Part shown: one piece after another, positions 45,641 through 64,000 of the stretch | Layout: every line of letters begins with the position of its first letter | Position numbering within the stretch: position 1 is the first letter of the stretch | Assembly (NCBI RefSeq): GCF_009914755.1 | Contig: NC_060925.1 | Length of the DNA: 64,000 nt | Source: the human T2T-CHM13v2.0 reference genome, Homo sapiens | Direction: 5' to 3' (one strand) | Translations under genes and position numbers: made by a program | Notes under the pieces: generated by a model | What the model was told of the DNA's origin: nothing | Databases searched by the model: none | Seen by the model: only the letters and a program-made list of their open reading frames with translations

Positions 45641-48040
45641 TCAAGCCCTGGATCGAGGCTCATCAGTTTTTGAAACTCCGTCTAGAAGCCTGCAGGAGAG
45701 GTGGGAAGGCTGGACGTGCTGTCCCCACCCAGTCAGCGGATTGGGGTTAAGAGTGAGTAAGTGATCACTGCTCAGCTGAGGGAGAAGCTTCACGGAGGAA
45801 GAGGGACTTGAGTTTTGCTCTGAAAGCAGGTCTGGGGTTGGGGGAAGAGGGTACTCCAGGAACTGTGTCAAGTGTGGGTGACTAAGTGGACATATGTGGG
45901 TGGAAGCAGAGGTCCCTGGAGGGAGAGACCTTGGCAGAGGTAGGGCTGCAGGGAGAAGCACAGAGGGCTAACTGCCAATCCCCCCAACTGCAGTTCAATG
46001 TGTCAGAGCTGAGGGTGAACACAGGGAAAGGAGCAGGGAAGACAGGAGTTGGGGTCCCAGGGCTGTGGAGCTGGAGCAGCCAACTCTCCCTTTGTAAACA
46101 CACACCAGGCACACTCAGACACAGAGATGCCCCTAGAGCTCCAGTCACACAGATTTGCACACACACCCAGCCAGGGTCAGAGACACACAGAGGCACACCC
46201 GTGCAACCACACACACACATAAATACAAAAGTACACCCGTGCAATCAGACATACACACACACACACACATAAATACAAAGCTACACTCAGACACATAAAC
46301 ACCAGATGCCCTCATGAACACACTCAGGTACACGTGTGTACCTGCGTAGAGGCCCCTCTGCTTCTGGTTCCTTCCCTGCATCAAGTATGGGAATACTGCA
46401 AGAGGCTGGGTCATAGAGGTGGGCAAAGACGGTCGGCTAACACAAAACTGGGCCTTGTCTTAACTCTACTCTCCAACTGGGAGGAAACCCCAAGGGGGCG
46501 CCGCACCCCTTGGGCAGAGGAGCTGGGCTTGTGTGAAGGAGTGGGGCAGACAGTCTGCCTGGCCACGTCACCCCAGGCCAGGCCCCTTAGGGCGGGGGGT
46601 GATCCTAGAGAGCAGGCTGGGGGCCTGCCCCCTCTGGTTTGATCTCCAATCCTGCCTGAGGTCTCAGGACCCCGTGCTTCGGCTGCCCCTGGGCCCCTTG
46701 CCCACTGCCCCACTGAGGAGGCAGCAGGGAGGGGCGGACTCAGAGGAGGGGAGGGGAGCAAGAACAACAGCAGAAGAATCTCGTCTGTACAGTACGGGCC
46801 GTTTGAGTCATTATTATTACAATATACTTTGACAAAAATAGAATCTCATTTCATATCAATACAACAACAACAAAAAAAAACAGTTTCCTGGACTGTTACA
46901 CCGCTAACGTTTTCCAAAGGTCGCTATTTACAATTACAGTAGCCAAGAGGGAAGGTGGGATGCAGCCTGGAGGTGGTGGGACAAGGAGGTAGCCAGAGAC
47001 AATAGGGGCGCCAAGAGCAAGGAGGTGGGGTCAGGAGCAGAAGGAGCTAACAGGAGAAGCTAGGGAGAGGGGCCAAGGAGGAATGAGGGAGGTGGGACCT
47101 CTACGGACCCATCCGTAGGCCCTCCCACCCCACAGACCATCCCAGTGTTGACTCCCCCAGGTAGTGTGCGTGCAAGACCAAGGACGTCCCCTCACCACAC
47201 TCGCCCCAATGAAAGAGCTCTGGCCTGGAGCACCCCAGGGAAGTCCAGGCCGACTCTCGCCCCAGCCACCTCACTGAAGACCCTCTCCCCATTCTCCCTG
47301 CACACTGTGGCCAGCTTTACAGGGCTGGCGTCAACTGAGGGGTGGGGAGCTATTGCACTGTATATCTTAGAGAAAAACTGGGGAAGGGAGGGGCTCAATT
47401 TGCCCCCTGCCTAGCCCTTCTGCCCTCCTCAGCCCTCTCCTCATGGCTCTCTTGTCTTTCCCTCCAAATGTGCTTCCAGAGAGGCCCCCACCTCAAACCC
47501 CTGTCTCCAGCCTCAGATTCCCAGGCTGCCTTCCCGGCCCAAAGCTCAGCCAGCACCCACACACCTTGGGGGTGCAGCACACACAAGAATCAGCGCAGGT
47601 GTGGCACGTGTGTGTGCAGGGGCATTTGGGGGCCAGGCTTAAGTATTCTGCTCCATGTGCCTATGGCTACATGAACACAAAAACAGAGACCCTTTTCAGA
47701 ACCTCTGCCTCACTTTCCCCTTGAAACACAAACCCACCCATCAAGCCCACTTTGGGGTTTCAGTCTAGAGTGTGGGTTTCTGTTGTTTGGTAGTTTTTTG
47801 GTTATTTCCCTCTATCTGGGGGTGGGGTGGGAGGGCTCCACATGCAGGGCTCGGCACCTGTCCTTTCCCAAAGGCCTTATTGGGCCCCCCACCCCCTTCC
47901 TGCAGCATATGTGTACAACGTGCAAAGTGTCCCCCCTTCCCGCGAAAAAGAGAGCCCCCCAGCCAGTGAAAATGGTGGGGGGTACAGAAAGAGGGGATGA
48001 GAGCATCCCCCTCTCCAAAGCGAGAATCCAAATTAAAAAA

Positions 48041-48072
48041 AATATAATAATAATAATAATAATATAATAATT
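48041..48072. repeat. (AAT)n tract, U/A-rich element in proximal 3'UTR
   Basis: Direct reading. Confidence 0.85.
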
Positions 48073-48215
48073 ATACACAAATGTAACCGTCAACAGGACA
48101 CGAAGCACAAGAAAGGAAGTGGGGGTCGAGCGGGAGGAGCCCGGGGCAGGGAAGGGCGGGCGGTGAGATTGTCAACTCTTCATCAGGGAGGCTGAGAGGA
48201 GGGGAGTGGGAATCG

Positions 48216-63865
<15,650 letters not shown>

Positions 63866-64000
63866 CTTCTCCGGGGGTCCTCAGTGCTACGGAGGGGAGG
63901 GGCTCGCTGGGTGGTGGGTCTCGGCACACCTTACACTGTGCTCATGAACGGTCTGGGAACAGTGCTCAGTTCATGGTCTGCAGGATACCTTCTGCACAGC

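Larger units (their letters stand above)
44300..48215 (-). other. MEF2D: MEF2D 3'UTR (~3.9 kb)
   Basis: Runs from the TGA to the poly(A) signal; Alu-free, with U-rich blocks and miRNA seed matches. Confidence 0.85.

Overview
Primate (human-like) genomic DNA that I recognise as the MIR9-1 / MIR9-1HG (C1orf61, CROC-4) - MEF2D locus. The right part holds the complete coding region of MEF2D on the minus strand. The exons sum to 1566 nt (521 aa + stop) for the alpha1+beta isoform, and include the mutually exclusive alpha1/alpha2 exons, the 21-nt beta microexon and a ~3.9-kb 3'UTR. The left part holds the miR-9-1 hairpin (945-1033, minus) and an Alu-free ~23-kb regulatory zone with two CpG islands and candidate non-coding exons of the host gene. 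A third CpG island lies at ~37-38 kb. About 30 Alus plus MIR, L2, MaLR and MER53 fossils fill the rest. I found no unknown protein-coding system; the long ORFs in the track are Alu, CpG-island or antisense artefacts. The most notable sequence-level observations are four. (1) An Alu in MEF2D intron 9 carries a near-identical inverted copy of its neighbour. (2) The last MEF2D intron appears carved out of an ancestral ...W-V-x stop terminus. (3) There are two minimal uORFs in the MEF2D 5'UTR. (4) A distal NRF1 inverted-repeat promoter just past the MEF2D 3' end may feed miR-9-1. Repeat boundaries and subfamily calls are by eye and approximate.
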